Below, piece after piece: positions 30,944-40,384 of a DNA stretch of 42,519 bases. The notes beneath the pieces are model-generated. The model was not told the origin of the DNA and searched no databases. It was given only the letters and a program-made list of their open reading frames with translations. The stretch spans positions 1-42,519 of the forward strand of contig RBNJ01000088.1 of NCBI GenBank assembly GCA_003990765.1, in the 5' to 3' direction. The position numbers were made by a program, and so were the translations under genes. Within the stretch, counting starts at the first letter, position 1. Each line of letters begins with the position of its first letter. The stretch comes from Jimgerdemannia flammicorona. Lineage: Eukaryota.

Positions 30944-31720
30944 ATGTATAGAATGAATCCAACAGATATATTCGCATGGTGCGGTGTTACAATCGCTATT
31001 GTTGGCTGCTACATTACTGGATACCAAGCATTTGATAGATGGAAACGAATTGGAGTTTATTGTTTTGTAGTCAGTTCTATGACATTTAGTCTTGGAATTA
31101 TGAATGCATTCCGGACCGAATCAATGATCCTGGAATCGACATTTAGCATAATCAATGCAGCACTATTGATTATATTTGTTAATCTGATCGTTTTTCTCAC
31201 AATCAGCATTGGATATGGATTCTATCAGGACAAGGCTATCAACCGACTATGCATACTCTCCATCACAGCTACCATATTTGCAAATCTGGCAACGATTGCA
31301 GATCTCGTATTGTCACATGCATTCCAACTAGTGTATCCAAGCCACGTAGTGAATAACGTATCATACGTGCTTTTGATGTTATCGTTGAGCCTGGCATTCA
31401 TATATGCATTTCAACCATTGGTTCGACGCAACACAAATGCAATAGTTGCGGTATATGGATGGTGGAATCTGCTGGGACTATTATTTTTTACACTCCTTCA
31501 TACAATTCCCATCGTAGTTAACATCGTCTACCCTGCGGACCAGAACAAGACAATTGCAATAAACATAACCACCACAGCCATCATACTACGAATATCAATG
31601 ATGTGTTTCTACAGCACCCGGCCACCCAGAAAATTTATGGCATATGTAGCCAATAGACACTCGCGCGCATTCCCCCCACCGCCCGACCGCATATTCCATT
31701 TAACACGCCCAATTGTTTAA
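30944..31720 (+). CDS. Seven-transmembrane (GPCR-like) protein
   Basis: About seven hydrophobic segments and a Pro-rich tail. Start placed at the in-frame ATG 30944 to avoid overlap with the divergent gene. Confidence 0.7.
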   Translation: MYRMNPTDIFAWCGVTIAIVGCYITGYQAFDRWKRIGVYCFVVSSMTFSLGIMNAFRTESMILESTFSIINAALLIIFVNLIVFLTISIGYGFYQDKAINRLCILSITATIFANLATIADLVLSHAFQLVYPSHVVNNVSYVLLMLSLSLAFIYAFQPLVRRNTNAIVAVYGWWNLLGLLFFTLLHTIPIVVNIVYPADQNKTIAINITTTAIILRISMMCFYSTRPPRKFMAYVANRHSRAFPPPPDRIFHLTRPIV

Positions 31721-31726
31721 TAGGGA

Positions 31727-33197
31727 TCACTGTCTACATTCAGAACACATGCATTCCAATCCAAATATGGTTTTCAATTCATGCTTCCGGTTCAAATACG
31801 ATTTTCCGGGATTGACGTAGGCGATGGTAAGCTCCTCGCCTGCATTTATGGCTCGCTTAGTCTTCAAATAATTGCCTGAGCGACAGCAATTTGGTTTGCA
31901 CGAATGGTTGATCCACGAAATCGTTTGGTATAATTGCATACCAGTCTGTGTTTCGCCGTCGAAAATGCTAAATCCATTGACACTTTTATAGATTTAGTAA
32001 ATGTGTAATAATATATATCAGATGCAGAATAAATACTTACATCACAATCCGGCATAGCGTTTCATATATGTGATAGTCGAAATGTAGCACGAATTTCATA
32101 GTAACGTCAAATACATCGCAGGTAATTTGATAATAGTCACTAATGTATGGAATAACCACATACGATTTGCTATTCATGTCGGACGGGCTCCAAGGTCGAA
32201 GGGGCTGTATGCACGGAAGCTCCAGAACAGAGACTTTCATTACTATAGACATTGCGAATAATTTGACAATCATCATTGGAAACAGGTATGATTCGGCGCA
32301 GACGGCCGCAAACGATCTTTTAAACACTCTCTCACGATCACCACATAATATTATGTGGTATAGTGTGTTAGCTTCTACTCGGCATCGGTCAGAGCAATAT
32401 GCGATTTGACATTCCTGACATCTGACAATGTGGATGCAAATAGTACCACAATGCTCGCACACATTTCTAGATCGTGTGTTGACAACTACCGACGGAGTTT
32501 CAGTTATTACAATATTTCCCGCACGGATTGGCGTCTTTGCGAAAATTCCTGCCTGCAAGCCATTTCTCTGTATCGAGAATTTAACTTCCAGTGCATATGT
32601 CTGCACCATGTCATTATATCGTCTTTGTATATCGGGCAATCCTCTACTATCCGACGTATCCCATGGATATCGCCCATTGATCATGATTCGGTCAACGAAT
32701 TTTATCGATCTATCATATGCAGCAACGTCCTCGTCCGATCTAAATAGCTGATTGCATACAATATCACATTGTCGTTGGATGTTCTGCACCCTCTCTACAA
32801 ACCCATTTTCATCGTATGGAATTTTCAGCACCATGTCCAATACCGATTTACACATTGTAATATACTGGCTCTTGAACCGACATGCGAATAAGGTGTAGGC
32901 AAACGTATATACGATCTCACAGTACAGCTGTTGTGCAGCCTCAAACGGAAATACTTTCAATGTTACCGCGCTGATAAATTTACAACCATCTGCATCGCAA
33001 ACCCGTTTTATGAGGTGATATGCTCGGGTAATATCGTATATGGCGTGGTCTGGATATCCCATAAAAATGAACATAACTGCGCGATCGTACCAGGTGGCGG
33101 GGTTGTTGTGGTAGAGTAGGGTGCGGTTTGTTAAAAGATCAAATTGATCTTTGGGTGACAGAATTGGCGTGGCCATTGATAGAGAGGCATTTTCCAT
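31727..33197 (-). CDS. SMYD-type SET-MYND lysine methyltransferase with N-terminal TPR-like segment, two exons (33197-32041, 31982-31727; 470 aa)
   Basis: GIFAKTPIRAGNIVITE (SET-N), CEHC..CQEC..YCSDRC...H...C (MYND), and INHSCKPN, GEELTIAY and post-SET CMCSEC in exon 2. Splicing restores the frame: CRIVI-VNGFSI. Confidence 0.9.
31983..32040 (-). other. 58-bp spliceosomal intron in the SET gene
   Basis: GTAAGT donor (32040-32035), ACTAA branch-like motif (~31998-31994) and AG acceptor (31984-31983). Removal joins the two ORFs in frame. Confidence 0.88.
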
Positions 33198-33260
33198 TAG
33201 AAATTAATTTATAATTGTAAATTGTGTAACATTTATTGATAATCGTGATATACAAATTTA

Positions 33261-35735
33261 TCAAATCAGTTTTTGAAGATGATTGATGATATTGCCAAAA
33301 TCACCACCAACATGCTGTTCTTCCAACCATCTCATCGCCTTGTCCTCAATCATTTCCCACTCATTCCTAAATGCACTCATCTTCGCCCGCAGATATGCGA
33401 TAACATACAAGGTGGTCCACACATACTCAGTAAAAGTTCTGCTAACCGTTGGACTAACTTGGCCAACGATCGAGTCACGACATTTCATTTCAGGGATTTT
33501 CTTCATATTTTCCACAAACTCAAAATATCCATCAAATTTCTGCAATTCGATCAGTGCGTACAATTTCTGTTCGTTGTTGGCATTCGATTGTAGGGTATCA
33601 ATCTTGGATTTTTTGTTTGATGCATGATCACCACTATCATCACAACCCAACGTAATTATATTATCGCGTCCATGCTTGCGACTACTCACGCTTCCACGCA
33701 AAACAGTATCATTATGTGCATCCCAATATTGATAAAACGGTGATCTCGAATGCGGCTGCTGCTGTTGAGGTTCGGTATACGAACTCTGCTCTCCAGGTAG
33801 TGCGGATGGAACATTGATGGATGTACACATTTGACGACTTTCATAATTCCCCCTTTTATGCACTGCGATAAAAGATGTTTGGGATGTGCACAAGCCAAAG
33901 GTCACTCCAAGCCGCCCAACCTCCTGCTTTTTATCTTTGAGGGAAATTTCTCTTCTAATGCCGTATTCATCGCGATCAAGATACGATGTTCCATATTCGA
34001 TTTCTTCAATCATGCGGCGAGCAGCCAGCGTGTGAACCAGCATGCCATCACACAATCTTTCAAGTTTAACATCGATCGTGATGAGTCCTTCAACACTGTC
34101 TCCCGTCAATCTAATCGTTTCACGCGAAACTTGACCTGGGGCCAGAAAACAAAATACGACCAATCGTGAATGTGGCATGATAACTGGGATTACATTAGGC
34201 GATTGTTGGCGATTTGATGCAATATTGGTTGTATGTACCATATCATTGTTGATATGGTGAATAGGAGTGAAAAAGCTAAGCGTCTTGGTATTTGTTGTCT
34301 TTTTAGTATCGCGCCCAGCCGATCTGCTGTGTTCAGTGTCTGGAGTCCATTTCACATTGTAATTCGTTATAGGAGGTTTCACTGCGTTCTTCAATATTTG
34401 CACAACCTTGCCGTTAAACGTGTCGCGATCACCAATATATTGTGCAAATCCCCGTCCAACTCTGGCGATACCATCCACAAGATGATGACTCGCTGAATTC
34501 CCAAGTCCCAATGTATACACACGTGCACCATATTTTGGATTTTTGCGTTTCCTTATCTCGGTATCAGTAAGTTTTATCAACTCTTCCGTATTGTTCACAT
34601 CTCCATCTGTCATCATAATGATTGTCGTGGGCATCTCATTTTGCGCATGGTCGAATGCCCAACGAAGTGGACTGTAAATTTGGGTACCTCCCATATCAGC
34701 AGACAAATTGTCCACAAATTTGAGAGCTTTATCTGAAATACCTTGGCTATTACATCGACTCTTATCGAAGAGAGTTAAATATTTGGTCCCGAAAAGTATG
34801 ATGTTAAAATAGGTTTCATTTGGAATGGATCGTATAAAAATATCAAGAGCTGCCTTTGTATTCTCCATCTTAGTTCCACGCATAGAACCAGAACAATCGA
34901 CAATAAAAATCAGTTCGGTCTTATAGTGATTTTCGAATGAAAATCGTGGAACCATGGTCAGCATTACGCAGTTCGTATCCGTCTCCGGATTGTATTCAAC
35001 AAATGCGCGAGGATTATCTGATCCGTCAGATTCAATGAGCATAACGAAATCCTTATCCAGAACCTCGTCTGAATTTGTCAATCTCGTGCGAGCTACATTG
35101 CCATCGTTACCGATATTTAATTCGGTGGTAATAACATGGGAATCGGACGTGATATTTGTTACACGCCCACTCATTCTGCACGAAACATCGATTTCCAGAG
35201 TGTACACATATGCGTCTTTGCTGTACGAGACGTGAGTTGCTTTGAACGGAATACCGGGTAGTGTATATCTTGGGGCGATCGTCAGTGGAAGTTCGAATCG
35301 TACAAGATTGTCCATTTTTAGATCGTTGGTAAGTTCTTGAACATAGCCGATGTGCACGGTAATAATTTGCATACTCTGTAAATTTCCCACTTTGATCTCA
35401 AAGACTTCAGGAGTCTTTTCTTCCAATAGATAGGCGCTAAACCCTGACTTTACAGCGCTGTTGTAAATACTGGAAGCAATTTTCTTTTTTTCCACCTTGG
35501 CTACAATCTTAGTACCATCATCCCATAGAACCTGGAAATCGTTGACTGCAGCCGATGGAGGGAGTGGAAACTTGTAGATAGCATCGACTGTGAAGTTGTT
35601 ATCATTTCGATAGCATTGTATGAGCTTAACACGAGCCGCCGTATCGATCACATCGGCAGATACCTTTACGCCAATAAATGGTATCTTAACGCATTTACTA
35701 CCGTTGTTGTATTGAAGACCTTCCAGAACTGTCAT
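33261..35735 (-). CDS. VIT-vWA domain protein (vWA5A-like)
   Basis: VIT domain (YKFPLPPSAAVNDF, FEIKVGNL), vWA MIDAS (IFIVDCSGSM, MGGT, MTDG) and the C-terminal EWEMIEDKAMRWL. Confidence 0.93.
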   Translation of the reverse strand: MTVLEGLQYNNGSKCVKIPFIGVKVSADVIDTAARVKLIQCYRNDNNFTVDAIYKFPLPPSAAVNDFQVLWDDGTKIVAKVEKKKIASSIYNSAVKSGFSAYLLEEKTPEVFEIKVGNLQSMQIITVHIGYVQELTNDLKMDNLVRFELPLTIAPRYTLPGIPFKATHVSYSKDAYVYTLEIDVSCRMSGRVTNITSDSHVITTELNIGNDGNVARTRLTNSDEVLDKDFVMLIESDGSDNPRAFVEYNPETDTNCVMLTMVPRFSFENHYKTELIFIVDCSGSMRGTKMENTKAALDIFIRSIPNETYFNIILFGTKYLTLFDKSRCNSQGISDKALKFVDNLSADMGGTQIYSPLRWAFDHAQNEMPTTIIMMTDGDVNNTEELIKLTDTEIRKRKNPKYGARVYTLGLGNSASHHLVDGIARVGRGFAQYIGDRDTFNGKVVQILKNAVKPPITNYNVKWTPDTEHSRSAGRDTKKTTNTKTLSFFTPIHHINNDMVHTTNIASNRQQSPNVIPVIMPHSRLVVFCFLAPGQVSRETIRLTGDSVEGLITIDVKLERLCDGMLVHTLAARRMIEEIEYGTSYLDRDEYGIRREISLKDKKQEVGRLGVTFGLCTSQTSFIAVHKRGNYESRQMCTSINVPSALPGEQSSYTEPQQQQPHSRSPFYQYWDAHNDTVLRGSVSSRKHGRDNIITLGCDDSGDHASNKKSKIDTLQSNANNEQKLYALIELQKFDGYFEFVENMKKIPEMKCRDSIVGQVSPTVSRTFTEYVWTTLYVIAYLRAKMSAFRNEWEMIEDKAMRWLEEQHVGGDFGNIINHLQKLI

Positions 35736-35893
35736 GGTGTGTTTGAGTTTTTTTTTCGATTCAAAAAATACGGTCGAATAAATATGTGAAGAATACTCAA
35801 ATGAGGGATATGTGCACCAATAGCATTATAAAATTTAATGCATAAAAATGCTAGACTCGACATTTTTATGCGTCGAATTTTGATTGGTCTCTC

Positions 35894-36223
35894 ATGAAGT
35901 CAGCAGCTCGTCTCACCACCATCCATGATTGGAGTCAATTTATACCTATACAAAAAGCTCACTCTTTTATCGAGCAATCTCGATTCATTGACCATTGGCA
36001 ATGTGGTGGGTGGGTGTGGCCGGGTGTGGATAAAGATTGCAGCCGGCTTGAAAACTCACTTACTTTAGCAGAATACAATCGATTGGATGCAATATCTCCG
36101 AACGTTATGTCGGTCTACACGATTCAACCGAGTGGAAACATACTCAAACATCTACTCTTTGGTGATTGTGGGCTATTTATTAATATGATTGGCACAAAGT
36201 ATCAAACATCGAAATTTTACTGA
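35894..36223 (+). CDS. Small hypothetical protein or gene remnant
   Basis: 109-aa ORF starting ~18 bp after a palindrome. No domain recognised. Confidence 0.35.
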   Translation: MKSAARLTTIHDWSQFIPIQKAHSFIEQSRFIDHWQCGGWVWPGVDKDCSRLENSLTLAEYNRLDAISPNVMSVYTIQPSGNILKHLLFGDCGLFINMIGTKYQTSKFY

Positions 36224-36230
36224 ATATTTA

Positions 36231-36473
36231 TCACTGTAAAAGAACCAGAAACATCACCGTTACAAGAAAAACAGAAATTGAAAATTCGATAATATCTTTG
36301 ATCATATCTATAGTCCATCTGACAACAACAACAAGAACGATATTGATCACGTAGAAGATCATTAACGTGAACACCATATAGACGATGTTTGTCTCATCTT
36401 GGTAGATTGCTAAAACCTCAACAGATGAACTGTATTTGGTGGGAATCATGTTGTGTGTGGTCTGGCAACACAT
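36231..36473 (-). CDS. Small membrane protein
   Basis: Two hydrophobic helices and a tight convergent junction with the neighbouring ORF. Confidence 0.45.
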   Translation of the reverse strand: MCCQTTHNMIPTKYSSSVEVLAIYQDETNIVYMVFTLMIFYVINIVLVVVVRWTIDMIKDIIEFSISVFLVTVMFLVLLQ

Positions 36474-36664
36474 ACGATTGCATATTTAAATGTGCTATCA
36501 AATGGTTTGTACAACATAAAATTATGTTTGACAACAATAAATTATTTGGTAATCAGATTTCGACGCATAAAAATGTCGAGTCTAGCATTTTTATGCGTCA
36601 AATTTATGGTTAAAATAGTTCGTCTAAATACTTGATTATTGGGTCTGTTTACTTCTCAATCATG

Positions 36665-37123
36665 CTACACTTCCAACGCCCCGTCTCCCCCCTCCCCACG
36701 GAATACGACACTGTTGCGGTCCGTCTCATGTAACCGAATCTCGTACAACGCCACTTGATTGGCAGCTGCTAAAGAGGCGAAATGGTAGCTAAAGTTTCTC
36801 CAAATGAAGAGAGCGAGATTCTCGGTTGTGCTTGGAATTTTAGAGAAATATGGCACATCAAGGTCCAGATTCTTGTGGTCTAGCACGTCCATTATGGCAA
36901 CTTGCATGCATTGCTTCAGGTCACTGATATTGATAACCATGCCTGTCTGTGGGTGCACATGACCCTGTATTGTCACCTCGACTTTATAGTTATGTCCATG
37001 GAAGTTGGAATGGGTGCATTTCCCGTACAAGGTCACGTTGTCTGCGGTGTTCATGAACGGTGAGTGCAGGCGATGTGCGGACGAAAATGACTCGATCCTA
37101 GATACGTATGCGATAGGGCTCAT
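36665..37123 (-). CDS. PTS: 6-pyruvoyl tetrahydropterin synthase (eukaryotic type)
   Basis: FSSAHRLH, YGKCTHSNFHGHNY, GMVINISDLK, LDHKNLDLDVPYF, STTENLA and LHETDRN. Start at ATG 37123. Confidence 0.95.
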   Translation of the reverse strand: MSPIAYVSRIESFSSAHRLHSPFMNTADNVTLYGKCTHSNFHGHNYKVEVTIQGHVHPQTGMVINISDLKQCMQVAIMDVLDHKNLDLDVPYFSKIPSTTENLALFIWRNFSYHFASLAAANQVALYEIRLHETDRNSVVFRGEGGDGALEV

Positions 37124-37200
37124 GCTGGCGATACAATATACAATACTAATAAAAATATTGGTCTCGCCTAAAAATATATTGATTCGGTTAAAGTCAATCA

Positions 37201-37435
37201 CATGATTGTGTGCCCAAAATTATTGTGTGCCCAATATAAAACTATTGTATTATCATAATATATTGATGCAGTAAGAATCAATCACCTGATCGTGTGCCCA
37301 TATAATAATCGTGTGCCCAACATAAAACTATTGTATTATTCGTCGTTGTAAATTTCAATATATTGATTAAGTAAGAATCGCATGATTGTGCGCCCCAAAT
37401 ATATCGTGTGCCCAACATAAAACGATTGTATTATT
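37201..37435. repeat. Three tandem copies of the paired GTGCCC(A)ATATAAA motif
   Basis: (gat)tgtgtgccca...tgtgtgcccaa(t/c)ataaaac(t/g)attgtattat at ~37203, ~37287 and ~37383. Confidence 0.88.
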
Positions 37436-37473
37436 CAGTATATACATGAGTCATGTTACTAAAGTAATATTAT

Positions 37474-38751
37474 TTACAACTTTTTCGACCAATATGTGTC
37501 TATTCTATGCTGATTTTTAAGCGCAAACACTTGTCGCATGTATCGGTTTTTGTGTGCAATACCATATGGAGTTTGGTGGTTCCTATCACCGAGCTCAAAA
37601 TCGGCACCCAGCAATACCAGCAACTCCGCCATCATATTCCACCTATTTTTAACACATATATGGAGAAAGCTCTGTTTGTCTTCATCTCTATGAGCGATAA
37701 TTGACTCTGGATTGGCATTAAACTGTCGGATCAGTAAATGCGCAATGCGAAAACAATTACTTGAAACAGCCATATCTAGAGCTGTTTCGCCTGATCTGTT
37801 TCGAATATCGACATTGGCCCCATGTGTGCATAGAATTTTCACATGGCTAGATCTTCGATATAGTACAGCAAGATGTAAAGCTGTATCTCCGAGATTGTTT
37901 ACCCGGTTAATGTCAATGTCTTTCCGTAATAGGAGTATATTTAAAAAAAATGTGGGACCACATATAGCTGCTTCATGAAATGGTATTTCTACACTATTAA
38001 TGTTTATATTCTCTGTTTCCAAAAGACTTTTAAATGTTCCACGCATATTCTTCTCGATCATCCTCGATAAAAGACTTTTGTTTAAATCAGAATAATTTAT
38101 ATTGGCTCCAAAATCGCAGACGAGCATTCTTACAGTATCGTCTAGAAATTTAGTGCTGTATGATTTCTTAATCAGAAATACCAGAAATTTAGTTGTGAGA
38201 TTGCAGCTTGATACACATTCCAAAATTGTTCTGATTATTTCGATATCAAATCTAGAATAGGCTTTTATCAAAGCAATTATTGCCGAATCCTTCAAAAGTG
38301 ATATGATTTGCGGATTTTTGCATTGTAAGAGCGATCTAACTGTAGCCACTCTTCTTATTTGTACGGCATCAACCAACGGCGAATCTTCTGGATTTATGTA
38401 TTTGGGAATAAATGGTATCGACTGCATTGCAAGCATTCGCTCTACACACACCGGACTACCAAACATCACAGCCCAGTGTATGGGCGAACATGGAATCCAC
38501 CGCCTTCCACATGTATTCTTGATTACATGCCAATATCTTTCGAGAAATTGTTCTGTTACCATGAAGGGCATCTCCTGCACAGCATCCGATATGTTGCATC
38601 CATATCTCCGCACTAAACAATCATCGTTTTCCTGTAGGAGAAATCGACATGCTTTGCAGGAGTTCCATAAACTTTTTATATCGTGTGGATTTCGGATCAA
38701 ATCGCAAATGATTAAAAATATTTCAATGGGTATGTTGTGAGGAAAATTCAT
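37474..38751 (-). CDS. F-box plus ankyrin-repeat protein
   Basis: IPIEIFLIICDLI....IKSLWNSCK and the ankyrin motifs GDTALHLAV and GETALDMAV. Likely start MNFPH at 38751. Confidence 0.88.
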   Translation of the reverse strand: MNFPHNIPIEIFLIICDLIRNPHDIKSLWNSCKACRFLLQENDDCLVRRYGCNISDAVQEMPFMVTEQFLERYWHVIKNTCGRRWIPCSPIHWAVMFGSPVCVERMLAMQSIPFIPKYINPEDSPLVDAVQIRRVATVRSLLQCKNPQIISLLKDSAIIALIKAYSRFDIEIIRTILECVSSCNLTTKFLVFLIKKSYSTKFLDDTVRMLVCDFGANINYSDLNKSLLSRMIEKNMRGTFKSLLETENININSVEIPFHEAAICGPTFFLNILLLRKDIDINRVNNLGDTALHLAVLYRRSSHVKILCTHGANVDIRNRSGETALDMAVSSNCFRIAHLLIRQFNANPESIIAHRDEDKQSFLHICVKNRWNMMAELLVLLGADFELGDRNHQTPYGIAHKNRYMRQVFALKNQHRIDTYWSKKL

Positions 38752-38806
38752 TGTTTTGTGAGATTTAAAGAAAAAATAAACACCCATTTTATTTATGTTT
38801 ACATTG

Positions 38807-40384
38807 TTACACTATCCTAGTATGGTTTCGAACTGACACACACGTTTGATTTCCTTGGAATGCAATGCCAAGAAGATGCACCTTCGCAACACTGTCATGC
38901 AGATCAACCACTTCTTGATCAGACACATTCTCCCCCAAAGTAACACGTATATAGAATTGTGTGTCTTGTGTTTTAGCACTAATGTGGCACTGCTCCGCTG
39001 TGTATGTGCCTGTAACCGCATAACCTCTACGACGCAGATCGGAATCTACGCCAAAACAGAATGCGTGATAATATATGTCCATCCACATTTCGGGCAACCA
39101 TCCGCACACATGTTCGATGGTGATGGTGCCCAATTTCCTGTGGAATGCCTCGATTTCGCTCGCGACGAGCATATCAAGCAGAGCCTCGTACAAGGATGGT
39201 TCGCTCAAGTCCGGAGCCACACAGCTAACCCACTGCATGTACACGTGTGCATTTGGAATCTCGAATTGGCCCTCGCGCATGGTGATGTAGCCAGCATGAT
39301 ACAGAAACGTCCACACTGTCGCATCGTCTCGCTTGCAAAGCCGGTCAAATTCAATGCTGTCTCTGCGGTCTAATTGCAGACGCCCCCTGTTAAGCAGCAC
39401 TATTATTTTTGCGCTGTCGATGTGTGCAATAATCTGTCTTATCGTGTCCGCAAAACCGTTCTTGTTGTATTGTGGACGGTGCAGCTCGACACCCCCGCAC
39501 CAGTACCCTCCTCCGCGCGCATCACCTTTATCTCTTTCGGTAAATCCAAACCGGGTTGAAAAATCGCCATGCGCCATTGAATGGATACCGAAGTCGTTGC
39601 AGCCGGAAAATAGCACGTGTGTCTCCACTGGGAGAATGCCGACCATGAAAGCTTTGTGAAGATATGGGTTATCTCCAAGCAACGACGAATACACGCGTGT
39701 CAGAATTCCAATCATAGTGCGGTAGTATGCCCCATTAAACTGCTGTGAAATTGGGACATCAACCCTGTCAAATGCCGGAGTCTCGTATTCATCAACCAAC
39801 ACAACACACTTGGCACCGTGGAAGCGATGCAGATACATGGATAGTTTTTGCAATGCCGAATCGTATTCCTGGTACGAAGTGTCCTTCTTCTCAATCACTG
39901 TAAATTCATCTTTTTCCGCCCCAGATAAACACTCAATAACATACCGGTGTTTTCGAAATATCTCGCCAATAACGTCTCGAAGTTTATTCAACGATCCTTC
40001 CCATGTACATTTGGTAACATGGCGGAGATTTAGGTGTATAATCGGATAGCGTCCAAATTCAGTATCAAGTAATGTCGGATGATGGGTTCCGATACACAAT
40101 CGTTCAAACAATTTTCTGCGATTTTTTTTTTCAATAATGCTTTCATCGTGAACAAGCTCGAAAAACGTTCGTAACATCAATAAATTGGTTGTTTTTCCAA
40201 ATCCGTGTGGACGTAGTACAAGAGTAACAGTGCTATCGGTCTGACACAAGTCGTGAATAAGCATTGTTTTGTCCACATACCATGGTTTTTGAGCCATTTG
40301 CATGAATTCTTCTGTTTCTATAGATGTGTTCGATCGTTTGACTCTAGGGGAGGTTCTGGTTGGCAATCTTCGGTTTGGCGGCAT
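38807..40384 (-). CDS. AAA-ATPase-like (PF09820-type) protein with eroded C-terminal region
   Basis: YVDKT..I..L, Walker A-like RPHGFGKTTNL and Walker B VLVDEYE, followed by GFTE and WTFLYHAGY...IPN. Confidence 0.85.
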   Translation of the reverse strand: MPPNRRLPTRTSPRVKRSNTSIETEEFMQMAQKPWYVDKTMLIHDLCQTDSTVTLVLRPHGFGKTTNLLMLRTFFELVHDESIIEKKNRRKLFERLCIGTHHPTLLDTEFGRYPIIHLNLRHVTKCTWEGSLNKLRDVIGEIFRKHRYVIECLSGAEKDEFTVIEKKDTSYQEYDSALQKLSMYLHRFHGAKCVVLVDEYETPAFDRVDVPISQQFNGAYYRTMIGILTRVYSSLLGDNPYLHKAFMVGILPVETHVLFSGCNDFGIHSMAHGDFSTRFGFTERDKGDARGGGYWCGGVELHRPQYNKNGFADTIRQIIAHIDSAKIIVLLNRGRLQLDRRDSIEFDRLCKRDDATVWTFLYHAGYITMREGQFEIPNAHVYMQWVSCVAPDLSEPSLYEALLDMLVASEIEAFHRKLGTITIEHVCGWLPEMWMDIYYHAFCFGVDSDLRRRGYAVTGTYTAEQCHISAKTQDTQFYIRVTLGENVSDQEVVDLHDSVAKVHLLGIAFQGNQTCVSVRNHTRIV

